A stretch of DNA of 64,000 nucleotides from Enoplolaimus lenunculus (lineage: Eukaryota). The DNA lies in NCBI GenBank assembly GCA_030248215.1, contig JASANG010002922.1, positions 310,001-374,000 on the forward strand, in the 5' to 3' direction. The notes under the pieces were generated by a model, which searched no databases, was not told where the DNA came from, and was given only the letters and a program-made list of their open reading frames with translations. The position numbers and the translations under genes are program-made. Position 1 is the stretch's first letter. Each line of letters begins with the position of its first letter. Below are positions 24,994 to 39,174 of the stretch, piece by piece.

Positions 24994-26023
24994 AAAGGTA
25001 CACAGTCAAACTACTGTTTAAGGGCGCCTTAGATACCAATCAACTTGCGTTTTCCTACGCTCTGTTTTAAGATGACTCCAATCACGAGTGCTCTGGGTTT
25101 CCGGCAGTTTATTCTTTCATTAGACGATGTTCAAGATTTCGTTGAGTGGACTGGAGCGAGGGTAGCACCCCTACCATCTTACAGGGTCCTTGCGCTCTCA
25201 GGGGGCATTACTTCATCCGACTCAGTAAACTTTTGTCACTCACAAAAATAATCTTAATTATTCTTCGACCGACCTAACGTCGAATCTGTAGGAGTACACA
25301 AAATATGTTTGACTGGGTTTTTTTGAATTTTCTCTTGAGTAGGGCATCAACAAACGACACTGTGACCGCGGTGAACAAAAGGTTCTGGTAGATCCTATAG
25401 AGCTAAAATGAATCATTTAGGTTCTCAAGGAATCAAAAACGCCTCTCCCGGGCTGAGCTGTACTTCGGACGGACTCTTCTCAGCTTATCCTCTTGGTCCT
25501 TTAGACGCCTGTGGACGACGGAGTGGAGACCGTAGCATTGGCGAAACCCCTTCATAGATCTCTATTAGAAGTTGTATTCGAATTTGTGTACCACTGCTAA
25601 TAAAATTTTAATGAAAAAACGTAAAAGCGTTTTTACTGTAGCGACATGAATAAGAGAGGGAAACTGATATTTATTTCAAAGAGAACCACGTTTACTATTT
25701 GATACTGGACTGCTATTTATTTTTCAATGCAGACCCAGTTATTTGATTTACACTCATTTAACATACCAGCCATTTTCTATGATTTAAGTTCGTTTCCTTT
25801 GCGAATAAATTTTTAAGCTTTGAATATGCTGCTATGAATGTACTTAGTTGACTAACGAATCAAATGATAATTTGAACTTAACTTGGTCTAGTAAGCATTT
25901 ACGCAATCTTAAATGACGTTCATAGACTAATTAGTAATTTTGAACTCCATCCATTTGCGGACCCTAATTTAAAAAAAATAGGCCCCCATGATTCTTATTA
26001 CGTTCCCCTCTTATTCGGATCAG

Positions 26024-26199
26024 GGCCCATGTTACTTTAAGGGGCGTTCAGGTTTCTGGTTAGTCTATAAAAAGTAGGTTTAGATTCTAGATTACATATT
26101 CTTGCTCAGACTTAGGCTTAGGAACTCATTTTTGCAACGTAGTCTTAGGCTTAGGAATACGCTTAGTCTACTGTTACGTCCGTTAAAGTAACATTGGCC
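26024..26199. mobile_element. Family A MITE inserted into the right TIR of a family C element
   Basis: GGCCCATGTTACTTTAA...TTAAAGTAACATTGGCC; perfect 8-bp TSD CGGATCAG (26016-23 and 26200-07). Confidence 0.9.
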
Positions 26200-26460
26200 C
26201 GGATCAGTACAGTACTCCATAAATTTTATTCTTTCCTAGCGGTGAAATTGCATATGTATGGTTAGGGTTTCTTGTTCGCTCCGCCTACAAGATATTCTTC
26301 ACGACATGTTAGGTTCTCACCCAACCCGTCAGATATAAAATTCTGGCTCTGCTTTTACGTTTCCGCCAAACTGGTTTCAAATTAGCCTATTAAATGTGAG
26401 CTTTGTCGCAACTATGGCATTTTAAAAACTTACCTGTGAGGAGTTGCCGATATGAAAATT

Positions 26461-26860
26461 GGCCATTGTTACTTTAAGCGGTGTAACAGTAGATCAACCC
26501 CTTCTCACATTGAGTTGCCTGTAGGCAACTCAGCGCAGTGTATATACGTTAAATAGTATATATCGCACCGTAACAAGCCTCAATACAAGAAAACACCACA
26601 AGACGGAGACCCCCCGGCACGCTAAGCGTGCTATAGCTGAGTGGTGATGGTATACGCCTCCCATTCCAGTCAGTAGACTTTGAATATTCATGTGACAAAG
26701 GGTTAAACGTATTCGTAAGCCTAAGCCTAAGCATATTGCAAAAATGAGTTCCTAAGCTAAGCCTAAGCCTAAGCCTAAGCAACAAATGTAATCTATAATC
26801 TAAACCTACTATTTTATAGACCCAACAGAAACCTGGACGTCCCTTAAAGTAACATGGGCC
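26461..26860. mobile_element. Family A MITE containing a nested piggyBac-like element
   Basis: GGCCATTGTTACTTTAAG...CTTAAAGTAACATGGGCC; TSD TGAAAATT/TGAAATTT. Confidence 0.85.
26498..26702. mobile_element. piggyBac-like non-autonomous element
   Basis: TCAA|CCCCTTCTCACAT ... ATGTGACAAAGGG|TTAA. Related copy in the opposite orientation at 37151-~37391 (TTAA|CCCTTTGTCACATGAATATT); related ends at ~6170-6196, ~22110, ~30650 and ~41876-41900. Confidence 0.7.
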
Positions 26861-29800
26861 TGAAATTTTACACAGCCATGATGGTATATTTAATTAGATG
26901 CAAAAAATGTGCTAAATTTCGAAGCTCACCTGCCATTAGTTCAAAAGTTATATGTTTTTAAATTTACTCGAGTTTTACTCACATTCCATAATACAGCAAT
27001 TGACGTCAATTAAAGTCCACAGTCCATTAACCTCGATGGTACCGTGAATAACGGTACATCTGTTGAGAATAAAAAACACAGAAAAAACCCAACTTTACAT
27101 CCAGGGCGCCTTTATCCAGAGTCTTGCCTGGGGGCTGGGGTAATAGCCCTTCATAGGAAACTTTGGCCCTCTGTAAATGTGTAATCACCCTACATGATTT
27201 TTTTATTCTTTTATATTGGCCTGGCTAAAGGAGCGCATCACATAAAGTTAGAAAAATGAAACAATGATATGAGAAGACAGCGACAACACTTCAGTATGCT
27301 CTGATTAAGTCTATTTCTGTCCGCTAGCAATAACAGTAGTTAACGAAAACATTTTTTTGCAAAGCCATCTTATGGGGTGATCGGATACGAGGCGTCCTGT
27401 TAACCAGGTTTCTCGTTGGGAACGTCACACCCGTAAATACACGTGGTTATCATTAACGGAGACTCTTTAAAAACAGGGTTGCTAAGCGCTGGCCCCAAAA
27501 AACGTACCATTAGGAAATACATTGGTGTCTGCCATGGGAAATGTGCTTATTCTAAGGCAATGTTGGCACTCTCTCCCTCTCGACTCTCTGTTAGTGGTGT
27601 ATGTTTTAACTTCTTTAGTACAAAACGAAAGTACTTGGTGAAAACTTTTACTAAAGCTTGGCTAAAGCGCAGTGTTTTATTTAGTTTCGTTTCATGTTGT
27701 GTTTTCTAAATAAAGTTTGTTTGTATCACATTTATAAACACTAAACAGGGTTTTGGTTTACTGTACTGTAGTGACCCGAATAATAGGGGGACTGATATTT
27801 ATTTAACCTCTCCAGAAGGTACCTCTCTGTTGTTCGGTTATGGACTGTTGTTTATTTTCAACCTGCCCTGCGCCGCCCTTTGTTACGAATAAATATTGTG
27901 CGTCACTCAATTTTTACGGTGCAAAACTCTTTATCAGTAACTTTCAAAACAATCCATTAAGTAAAAAGTAAACATATCGTTCCAAGCCAAAGAAAAGTAT
28001 AACCTCGTGGGAACGCGAAGAGTGTGAGCAAATGAAATAACACATATTGTTGTTGCTGCTATTCAAAAAGCCACAAATATTTCTCGATTTAACAGCACAT
28101 TTCAGGAGTGTAATACTTGTTTTTAACTCATACGGTGAAAACAGTTAAAAAATTAAAGCTTTTTTACATCAGGTTTCAAGTTTCTGTTATGAAAATTTTA
28201 GGCGGTAAAAGAATCACAAATTTTTACCCGCGCTTCAAAAGTTTTCACCCGCATAGTTCACGCCATGGGGGACTTAACGAATGATTCATCTGTAAGGGTA
28301 CAATTTCAGGTAAATATTCGTTGACGAGAGCGAAAATGTTTTTGACATCTTAGATGATGCAAAAAGTTTGGGCCCAATTTTTTGCTTAGGCTTAGGCTTA
28401 AGTATTAATAGCTTATTCTTACGCTTAGCTTTACGTTTAGAAACATGCTTATAACTGTAACAGCCCAGTTCAATACATTGGCTAATGGTTAAAAAACTGA
28501 AATGTATCCTGTTTGACGGAAATACAACGAAGAAATGTCTTAAAGTCCCCTACACACTAAAAAATATACTTAAAATTAAGTAAAACTGTCGCCGAATTAA
28601 GTGTCGGTTTTACTTACTATGGTGCTTGGCAAAGTTTTACTTAATTTTAAGCAAACAAAATTTTTAGCTTTATATTTACTTAATTAATCAGGAAATGACA
28701 GCAGTAGTTTTACTTATTTACATTATTTAAGCAAAGATTTATTCAACATTTTGTACATTTATACTTAAAAAATTCAGTAAAATATAACTATAGTATTTTA
28801 AGTAGAGTGTTTTTACATAGTACGCATTTCAGATGTATCATTTGAATAGAAAAATATTCAATCTGATTATTAATCAAATATAAAAAATTTAACGATTAAT
28901 AATGAATTTTAATCGCTCGGTTGTTGATTCGCATCCGCTTTTAAAATTGGTATCCGGTACAGAAATGATGACGTTTAAAATTGCCGCATGTGCATCGTTG
29001 TTGTATAAATCGATAAAGTTTGTTACCGGATAACGGTTATCAGATGGACCGACTTGGCCCAGAATTCCAACACATCACAAGGTAAATTGCAAGTTTACCA
29101 TTTGATTTTTGCGTTTTTGTCAACATTTCACCATTTTAGTTTTACTCGGTAACTGGTCCAAGTTACTATGATGGGCGAATTAGTTTTTTCCTTGAAGTAT
29201 ATTGAGTAAGCTTTAGCTTTAGACTAATTTTTTGATTAGGCTTAGGTTTAAACTTAGCAATATGCTTATACTACTGTAATAGGCCACTCAAAGTATTGGC
29301 TGTATAACTCGGTATTCATGTACTCTGGCAATACAGTAGTATGCTCGGAGCCAAAATTTTTAGGGTAAAAAGTGGTCACGTTCTTTAACGGTTAAAACGA
29401 AACAAATTATCTAAAACGTCTTTACCAAAATCGGATCGGGGTTGACCAATAAAATTACCCCCCTGTTTTAGTGGCGGATTCAAACATTTTCAACAGAGGG
29501 GGGATGGATGAAATATTTAGCGTGAGAGGCCAAACGCATTCTTCGTAGGAGAAAAATACAAATTTGTGGGGTCGTAACATTTTATTATTTTTTAAAAACT
29601 TTTGTTGAGGGTTCGAAGCGCGTCTATTGCCCCCCTCGAAACGCTGCCCCTGCTCTGGTTACCCTTTTGTCTGAAGTCTAGCCTCCAGCAGGTTTCGAAT
29701 GCTTTTAAGGTAAACAACGGATACCAAAACTCAACCGACGAAACATTTAACGCTCAAATCTGAAAAAATGGGTGCAAACAATTCATTCGGTACTAATGCG

Positions 29801-32261
29801 ATTTTCGCGTTTAAACTTTTTGACTACAATTTAAAGCCGGCCTCGCAGTCAGAGGAGTGCCGAGGGTTTCACTCCTTGCCGCCCGTTGAAAAAGCCTTCC
29901 ACCCGCAGAAACGTTGGCACCCCACAAGTAGTCGTCATATGCATTCCCCGTATGCCCACCCTTGAAATTGTTTTAACCCCTACCCTGCGTCATGTTGTAG
30001 TTGACTGCGAGTTCGTTTCAATAGCTGTTCAGTCGCCCGGCCTGCGGTTAATCAATCGGTTGAAATTTAAAACATTAATGTGTCAAAAAAGTGAAACATT
30101 TTTGTTTACTTGAACGAATTATAAAACAAAGTTTAAACGCCATGGGTCGCTTACGTCCTGGCACGTCATGGTACTCTGTGTGACGGCTGTAACGTTGCAG
30201 GGTTTTGCTAGTAAATGCCAATGGCATGCTACCTTGAAGGCAGGTAAGTGACTCAGTAAAAAAAGACTATATTATGTGTACTATTTTGGTGTATTTGTAC
30301 CTTTTCAGAAGGAAGTAAGAGGTAAAGACCAGCCTGCTGTGAAATATAAATAAGCTCACAACTGTGTATTGTAATTTGGCTAATGAATAGAACAGGGCCG
30401 TTACAGTAGCATAAGCATATTTCGAAACCTCAGCCTAAGCCTAAGCGTAACAACGAACTTCCACCTCAATCTATTCCTAAGCCTAAGCAAAAAATTAGTC
30501 TAAAGCTTTAGCTAACGCTATAACAGTACCGCGTATAGCTGTACCGCAGAAAAACGTTCCGCCCCTGATCTTTATATCGACGAATTGTAGCAATTTTGCT
30601 AAGTAGATGAAAGAACATCAATGTTTACCGAAATGTGACAAAATAATCGTTTCTCGCATGAATATTTTCTATTTCATCTGAGATCTAATTTTACTCCAAG
30701 ACTCGGTCCCGGGCTTTTCGGACGGCGGAAGGTGTTTAATTACCGGCTTTCTCGTTTTACAACTATTTACTATCAACTTTTATTAACCCATCATCACGGA
30801 AATGATTACATATGGTCGTCTGACATCATACATTTGATATCAACTCGCGTATAGCCAAAAGTGAAAATTTAAGCGATTACTAATAATATTTTTTCAGTTG
30901 TTTTCGTGTTTTTACAAAAATAAAACATTTTTTACCGCAGACCAATTTGTCGCCTAATTCTTAACTCTGGATCCTAATTTTATTGACTTTAAGCCTTCCC
31001 CTAGGACACTCCACCTTTGGCCATTCGTAAGGCCCCATTCGTAAAACTCGACGATTGTTTCACGCGTACTCTCAGGACGGTTAGCCAGCTCAACTTTACT
31101 ATGGGGATGGAAAAAAATATCAGGAGTGGCATGCATTGATTCTCGATGTTTTATGTGACGATATGGGTACATGCTGGATTACACCTTTTCCAGAGGAAGC
31201 CAAACTTTTCAACCGGAATTCTAACCCCCTGAATCCTATCCACAATCCGCGTGTTTTAAGTGTATGGGTTTCACGGCACCGTATGGCATATACCATTACT
31301 GATCAGGGTATAATTGCCGAGAACGTGCCGACGTGTGTACATTTTGTTACCTTTTATACCTTCAATATTCCTATTTTGGTTCAATATTTTTTGGCGTAAA
31401 CGAACATAAAGGTTCTACCTGCAGCCGCAGGCGATGAAACAAATGTGAGAATTGTATACAAGAAAACAATTTTCAGAATTGTGGTTAATAGGAAAAAGCA
31501 GTTAGGATGAGGTAAAAAGAGACCTGTCCTGCTACACCGAAACCTGTAAAAATAGTAAACGTTGTAAACATAATTGGTTTTATGCAACCGGGGTGAAATT
31601 AAAACGCTATTTTAAACGCTTTTCCTGATTTAGATAACATTTTTTAAAATATTTTTGAAACCGAATCAACTCTGAAATGAATAAGCTACAATGCCGGTGT
31701 AATAATTTAGCGCTTTTGTCAGCACGGCATCGAAAGGCATTTGGTATTTTTGCGATAGGGTGCCTAAAAATCATTTTGTTCTATTAAACATTTTCGTTAC
31801 GAAATCTGGTAAATACCTATACAGCAAACAGGGTCCTGTAAGTGTAATCTGTCAGCATTTCATGTCGATGGAAATAAATTTTGCTAAAGACTTTTGCGAT
31901 TGAGGGTAGCTAGCGACTCAAATTATCTTTTCTACCCTTAAAACGTAAAAGTTATATATTCAAAAGCTTAGGAATGTGCGTTTTCATCGACTCTCCAAAA
32001 TGTACGGACCGATATATTTGCTTGTATGCGTAGTTTGGTTTTCAATCCACATCCATTGCGATCCCGAGGCTCGCTGACAGCGGTACTACAAAAATTCACT
32101 TTTAGGATAGATTCAGCCCCGCTTGTAAGTCACGTAAAGCGTCCGCGTATCCTGTCAATTATATTTCAGGCCTCGAAAGGTCCCACGAAACCAAATTTCC
32201 CAGCACGCCATTCAAATTGGAACTCAACCATTTGATATGATGTATGATGCATGGGAATATG

Positions 32262-32453
32262 GGCCAATGTATACAACATGCGCGGAATAGTAGTATAAGC
32301 ATATGTCTAAGCCTAAGCCTAAGCGTAAGAATGAACTTTACAGAAACCTAAGCCTAAGATCAAGTCAACGCAAAAATAATTAGTTGATAGCTTAAGCTTG
32401 TTCTTATTTCAATCATATAGAAAAACGTTGCGCCCCTGATCTTTACATGGGTC
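32262..32453. mobile_element. Family A MITE
   Basis: TIRs and TTAGGC core; TSD GGAATATG/GGAATTTG. Confidence 0.85.
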
Positions 32454-35400
32454 GGAATTTGTTTACAGTACCTTTTAGTGTACTGGCATGCATATGTAAG
32501 TCATTTTAGCAGTAATTTTCTTACTGACCTGATCAATCAAACATTGTATATGTCAACAATTCTAACTGCTATTTTCTACGTGTGTTCCTTCTCAATTCTT
32601 TTAGTTTCCGGTGAACCAGGATATCCGGTAGGCCACTGATTTCTCCAATCGGTTGTCGGTTACATTCAAAATGGTTTCAATTTGAAAATTTTCCCTACCT
32701 TAATTATGGCCCGTTCCACAAGTGCCGGAACCGCTAGGTATTAATAATAGTTACATGGTTCGTAGGCAGCATATCATTTCGATACGGTAGCAGCTTAATC
32801 TAAACATTTTGTTTCGAGTCGAGAGCAGCGAGTTAGAAAATTTTGGTGACCTCTAAGATGTAGCAGGTTTGTTCTAAAAGCTGTAAAATAGTTAATTTTT
32901 TAATCCTACACATCTTCAACTGCATATATTCCCACCGTGTATATGCTTCTGGCTGTTACATTCGTTTTACTGGTACCATTTTAGTAGCGATCAGTTTTTG
33001 AAAATGAATTTGAAATTCACATTTTTACTTCCTGTAATCATATGAGTCAGATTTTTGCCAGAAAGCGCTGTACAACAATAATGATCATGTGTTCGTTTGA
33101 CTATTTAAAATTTACAAATGTATACTTTGAGTTTAAAAACTAGCTGTATTTCGTCGAAATTTGCCGTTTCAATCAGTATACACGAACCCCAATGAATACT
33201 GTATGGGTCCAAAGTACCACAAACTTACGGTTCAGATTGAATAGACCTTACTTTTTTACTGGATTCGTTGGAAGAATTTGAATGGCTAGAGTAAAATTTG
33301 CAACAAAACAAAATTAAAGAAAACACTTTAAGTAGCATATTGGTTAGTAGCTAAGTAATTAATGCAAATACAATCTTAGTACTTTGTCCAGAGACGCACA
33401 CTAGAGTTAACAGACAAGGGCGCAGCCAACGGGAATTTAGTTACTCGTCAAAGCTTGTTTCTGATTTGGGTTCAGTGGTTTATTAGTGCCGTTTTATATT
33501 GGTCATTGGTGTCTTAAATACCGGAACCCTATTCCTGGTTTTTGTAGAAAAGTAATGCCCACCTAATTTCGAAAACCTTGGTTACGCCCTGTTATTAACA
33601 AACCAACGTTTAGATATTTGATGTAAACAATGAGCACAATCTCTAGGCTGTGGCTAAAGTTGAGGCTTAGGATAATTTTTACGACGCAATTTAGTAATGA
33701 CACGCGGTATTGCATTCTAAACCCCAGGCTGTCAGTTTACAAATACGAGTTTTTTGACGTTTAATCTTGAATTAATTTTCGCGAACTCTGTATTTTTTGA
33801 GCCAAAATCATTTTAACCACGGCTGTGAATTTTAAATGCCAAGACATAAGTTTTTCGTTGAGCATATTTTGTGCTGTATTTGCAAATATACCAAAATATT
33901 GAACCACTCAAAGCCGAACGTCATTTTAAAGCTCAACCTTGATGCAAAATTTTGGTTTTGATTTCTGTTGATAGACGAGTCCTTGTAGTCGCCGCCCGTT
34001 AGATTCGCCAGTGTTCACTAACGTATGCAAAGCTTTCTTAGACTTAGGCTAATACTTAGGCTTGCGTATAGCTTTAGGCTATACTGCCAAAAGTAACCTC
34101 ACCTTTTTTTACCCGGGCAACCCGTTCAATGGCTCATGTCTTTCGAGTCAGACACGCTGTATGCTCATTATAGAAAGTGTTTGACCTTTCACCTTGAACT
34201 AATCTGTCCCACGCTATATTTTTCACCCATCACCCCTTTAAAACCGCGGCTGTTCGCTTTAAAAGCCAACTCATTCGTTTTACCCGGTGAGTATAGTTTG
34301 ACATTTCCGATTTGTTTTTGAAAAATGAACCATAATGTTTACTTTTGCCTCAATTTCTTTTCCTATTTTTCGTTTTACGACCACACACACGTTGAGAGGT
34401 GGTCTGAATGCATCAAATACAGTATATTCTATTTTTAAAACCGTAGCAATTCCAGTATTTCTTGCGTTTCTCTCAGCGGTCAACACAATATTTCGTTTCC
34501 GGTTCCGGTTGCAATTTCCGTGACAAAATACGTAGCAATGAAGTCAAAAATCAATGAGAAGACTATAGCTGGTACTATATTTTATCTTGGTATGGTATAA
34601 GTTATCAAAGAAACGTTATGATAAGTATTAAACATAGCGAAACATTTATTTTTGCCCAATTTACCAAATCATAATAGATTAATGATATTAATCCTGAATT
34701 CTAAAACGATTTTAATTCTTTGATTTCTTTTTGAAAAATTTCAAAAGTTCTAATAATGTATTCTCCCTAAAGTCTTAAGCTACTATGGTCAGAAAACAAC
34801 TATACAAGTATAATTGCAACAAGAACCTACAAAGTTGATATTTTAAACGTTATATTCATATTAAGGTAAAACGTGCTTTAATTACGGTCATTTAAATATA
34901 TTTCTATATACCTTGTAGACAGTCTATGTTACGGTTAAGGACGTTCCGGTTTCTGGTAGTACTGTAAAACAATACGCTTAAACAATAGACGATATTATTG
35001 TTTAGGCTTAGGCTTACATTTACACCTTTTCCAACATTTAGGCTTATTCTTATGCAGACGGAATATCTTTAATCTGTTGCGTCTGAACAAGTAACATTTG
35101 CGGCTATTTCCCCAAAAGAGTACACTGTTAAACCAGAAGAATTTTAAACCTACACTGCAACAAATGGTGAGCCGTCGTTTAGTGAGTCAAATTTGACTCT
35201 GGCGCAGTCAAATTTGACTCAGTTTGTGTAGTCTCGAAAAGTCTATTTCGGAAAGAGACCATTTGTCTCACCATTGTTTGCAGTGTAGCCAATGCATTTT
35301 AGTTCAGAATCGGAACCCAAATCTAACTGGAAGTGTAGTCTGAATTTCAAGTCAGGAGCAGATAATCTCGCCTAAATGAGTTCTGTGTGTTATTCTATAG

Positions 35401-38400
35401 CCTGTAAAAGTATCTTTTTTGAATCTCCGGAAATTTCAGCGAAATATATAAAAACGTGCAGCTCTGCGTGGGCACCAATGAATAAACTGTTTTAACTGAT
35501 AATTGCATCTGATAGCGTTGAAATTAAGTGCTAAGACTCGTGTGTTTTTCTCTAAATTCCGGAAACTGAAACCGGTTGTCACATTCTTGTTTAACCAGTA
35601 TAGTTTTACCAACTAAATAATTAGTCTAAAAGACATAAAAGTTTTCAATATTCTATACGTCAAACCATAGAAATTGATTTTATATATCTCACAAAGACTA
35701 AATATACGTTTCTAATTTGCCAGATTGTGCAAACGGCTTGCCAGCGCCGAAACAGGCTCGGGTGAGCCCAACCCTCTGAAATTCCCTGGTTGGGGCCCTT
35801 TGCGGTGATCAAAATATTTTTCAACATCTTAGTGTAGAATCTTATTAGGGTAGTGGCCTCTCTTTGGGGTGCCTCCTAACGGGGCGCATGGAAGGATGGC
35901 TCGTGCGACCCTGGTGGATTCGAAATTTGTCTAAAAGCTGAATCGTTCATGATACGTAATTTCTAACTGTTACTTCGTAGAATGAATAATGTTTGACCTC
36001 AAAATGCTTTAGCCAATCTTGTTGTCTGAGGAAAAATTTTAAAATTTCAATTTTACTACTCGAGAGGTATTTATACCAGCAGAAAACGTAATGAAGTGTA
36101 TATGATATATAAAGAATGAGATAAAAAACAGCGCCCTTGCTAACAGCAGCAAGCATACCAACTAGAAAACTATAATGGTGTGAACATAAAATCTTCATAG
36201 AAATCTAAAATAAACAAATGCTAAAAATGTCCTAAATTCAAAAGATTGGCTCTATCCAACGATTTCAATGCTAAAACGCGTGTTGCCAACTGGTGATACG
36301 TGTCACACCACAAATTTAGGAACATCAACCAAGACTTAAAAAAATTATTTACGAACCATATTAATGGCAAATACAAGCGTTCAAGTTTGATGTTTAGGTT
36401 TTCCAGGTTATCCCTTCTTTCGTTTGCTTTCATTTAATTTTTGGTTCCAGTTTTGTTGCGTTTTGCCTACTTTTCCCATCTTAATTTAATGTTACACATA
36501 TATATTTATATGTGCATGTATACATATATACATATCGATAATTTAGTTGCTGAACGGTCCAAGTGTATTCGTAACCTTAATTTGAGTTCTAAATCCGAAT
36601 ACTATCCTAATTCCTAAATATAAGTTGATCGCAAAATACCTAAAAGTTGTCGTTGCAAGAATCTAACTACTGAGACTTTAATAGCTTGCTTTTCTATATT
36701 TAGGATACATTGATGTAACCGTTGCTAACGCTTATTAATATTAAGTCTTATTCTAGGTTAAGTTCAAATTTAGGTTTTAGTTGAGATCGAAAATGTCAAT
36801 CGACATAAGATAATTTTTTATTGCTGCATTGGTTAAATTTAAAACATTTATAAAGATCAGTTTTAACTTTAAACCAAACTGTAACAAAAGTTAGCTGCAA
36901 GCAAAAAAACTGGGAACGCTTAAGCTAAACTGATTAGTACCTAAAATACGAGCCTATAATACATTTCCATGTCGTCGAACGTTGTGCAATTAAATTTAGA
37001 AGTTGCAGCTGCAAGCTTGACCTGGAATATTATTAGGGTCAAAAATTATGAAATATTATTTTGAACCTGGAAAATGGTTCCATAGGAAGAGCAATCACAT
37101 CTACCACTGTTCAATAACCGATTGGTAGTTAATCCCACTTATTAATTTAACCCTTTGTCACATGAATATTTTCAATTTCAAATGAGAATCCACAGTTTCA
37201 CGGGTGGGAGGCGTTTACGATGGACACTGAACTATAGGAGCTGGACGCTTGAGTCCGACGGGGCTCTTACGCCTTGTGGAGATATTGCACTGTGCAATTA
37301 TTTTAGAATTGTTAAACACTGCTCACAGTGTCTATATTGCTAGTATATTATTGTATTTAGTTGCTTATAGTATACTGTATGAGTGAGAGTGTTATAGATA
37401 CTAAACAGACAATTTTTCCATTAAGTATATTTGGTTTGTAGTATATACCCTTATCATCCAGTCAGGTCCGGCGTTAGGGTTGTGGGCCCACCAAAATAGG
37501 TCCGAGGGGACTCTCACTAAAATGTTTCACAGCTGTATATCTTTGTTTCGTGGTCCGCGAAAATTTTTTGTACTTTGCCAAGGTAAGCCCGACAAGGGTT
37601 GGAGCCCGCCCCCAATTGGAGGGTTAGGGGGGCGCTTCTGCCGGAAATATTTGTAGTTGTGACCAATAGTTACCCCGTGCACCCAAACTAATTTTTCACC
37701 GGCATATCTTAAATCATAAACGTTGGCAAAAGTAATATTTCTTCGAGACCGTTAATATTAGACCATTAAAATAATTCTATAATTTCCAGTATTTTGATCT
37801 GAAAAGCACTCTATTTCTTTCTTTTAGCTTAAGGTTTTCTTTAAGATAGTTGTCTTAGACAAAAATAATAGCATATAAAAGTAACCGGTATTTACTTTAA
37901 AATTAAGCCGCTAACGCGAGACTTGCGTATTAAACGTTGAAGAATAATAGGGTTTATTTAGGGAAATATTAGAAAACACGCTAATGTAACGGCTATTAGT
38001 TTAGTTTTAAGCTTTGAAGCCAATGGCACAAGGGACGGTATTGCCGTTAAAGATAGCACCGCCTGGTCAATATTTTGCGGATTCCGAACTTTTCGGTGGG
38101 AGAGGAAACTTTTTGTCGAACCAGAAACCGGCATAACAGGTGACGTCATTTATGCCCATCTAATTTGTGATAAATAGTGAAACGTGTCTCAATGGCTCAA
38201 AGTTTTCAAATACCTGACGAATCTCAGCCATGGGCGCAGCTAGGATGTAAAAAGGGGGTTATGTTCTAAAAAAAGTTTCGAGGTAGGGCTACTTGTGTTA
38301 CCAACTGAAAAAGTTCTCGTAAAAACCTGGACCAAAATAACAAACGGGCTTAACGGCTTCCCTAAGGCCCGGTGTTGCAGCTTTATTTTGAAATGTGTGT

Positions 38401-39174
38401 TGCACTTAGCATCTATTTTGCCGCTGCGGATGGTTCCTCCTGTTATTCGGTTACGGACTGTTATTTATTTTTAATTCACTTCAGGTTAGTTGTATCCAGA
38501 ACAGGTTGTTATTTGTATTGTTTCTTATGGACAGACCCGACTTGCTCTGATGGATTTTTGCTGATTACCGTGTTCGTTATTTGAGCAGTCTTGACAATTC
38601 TTCTGTTTTGGTATCCTTCGCAATTAATTTCTATGAGTTGATTAATCAGCTCAGCTTGCGAGCTAGTTGTTTTAGTTCACAACACTAAACATTAGCTCAT
38701 TCTGAGTGAGTTGCCTCACTCTGAGTTCAGTTAATTCCAGGTTTAGTTCCTTAACTCAAAACGTGCTCAATCAACTGATATGTCTGAGTTCTGATGGTTC
38801 TAATTCAGAATTCGGATTTCTGATTGGATTCAACTCATTCTGAGTTCAATTAAACTCACTGGTATTTACAGTGCTTATGGACTATAATTCGGATTATGGA
38901 CTGTACCCCTAACGGACTCTAATTAGTGATACAGACTCCTCTTGATTAATACTCAAATTAGGAACGCCCCACTTATTACCCCCTCGTATTCGGGTCACCC
39001 CTGCACCTTAACCTTACCTATGAATTAGTTTAGTTTTGATCGTAACAGACTGTAACATTTTATTTTCATGTTTTAAACTAAAAGTATATTTATCGAAATA
39101 TTAACCTTTAGCGCTCAACAATACGTATTTTGGGCATCGTTCCAGTTAATTGATTGATTACTTTTTAATATAAA

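Noticed and set aside
27398..27747. Possible solo LTR (TGT...ACA with AATAAA)
   Set aside because: No matching TSD at any candidate end and no second copy in the window.
28960..30250. Exon-like segments with good donors (~29081 and ~30243)
   Set aside because: No consistent reading frame or recognisable protein; could be UTR or lncRNA exons, but unsupported.
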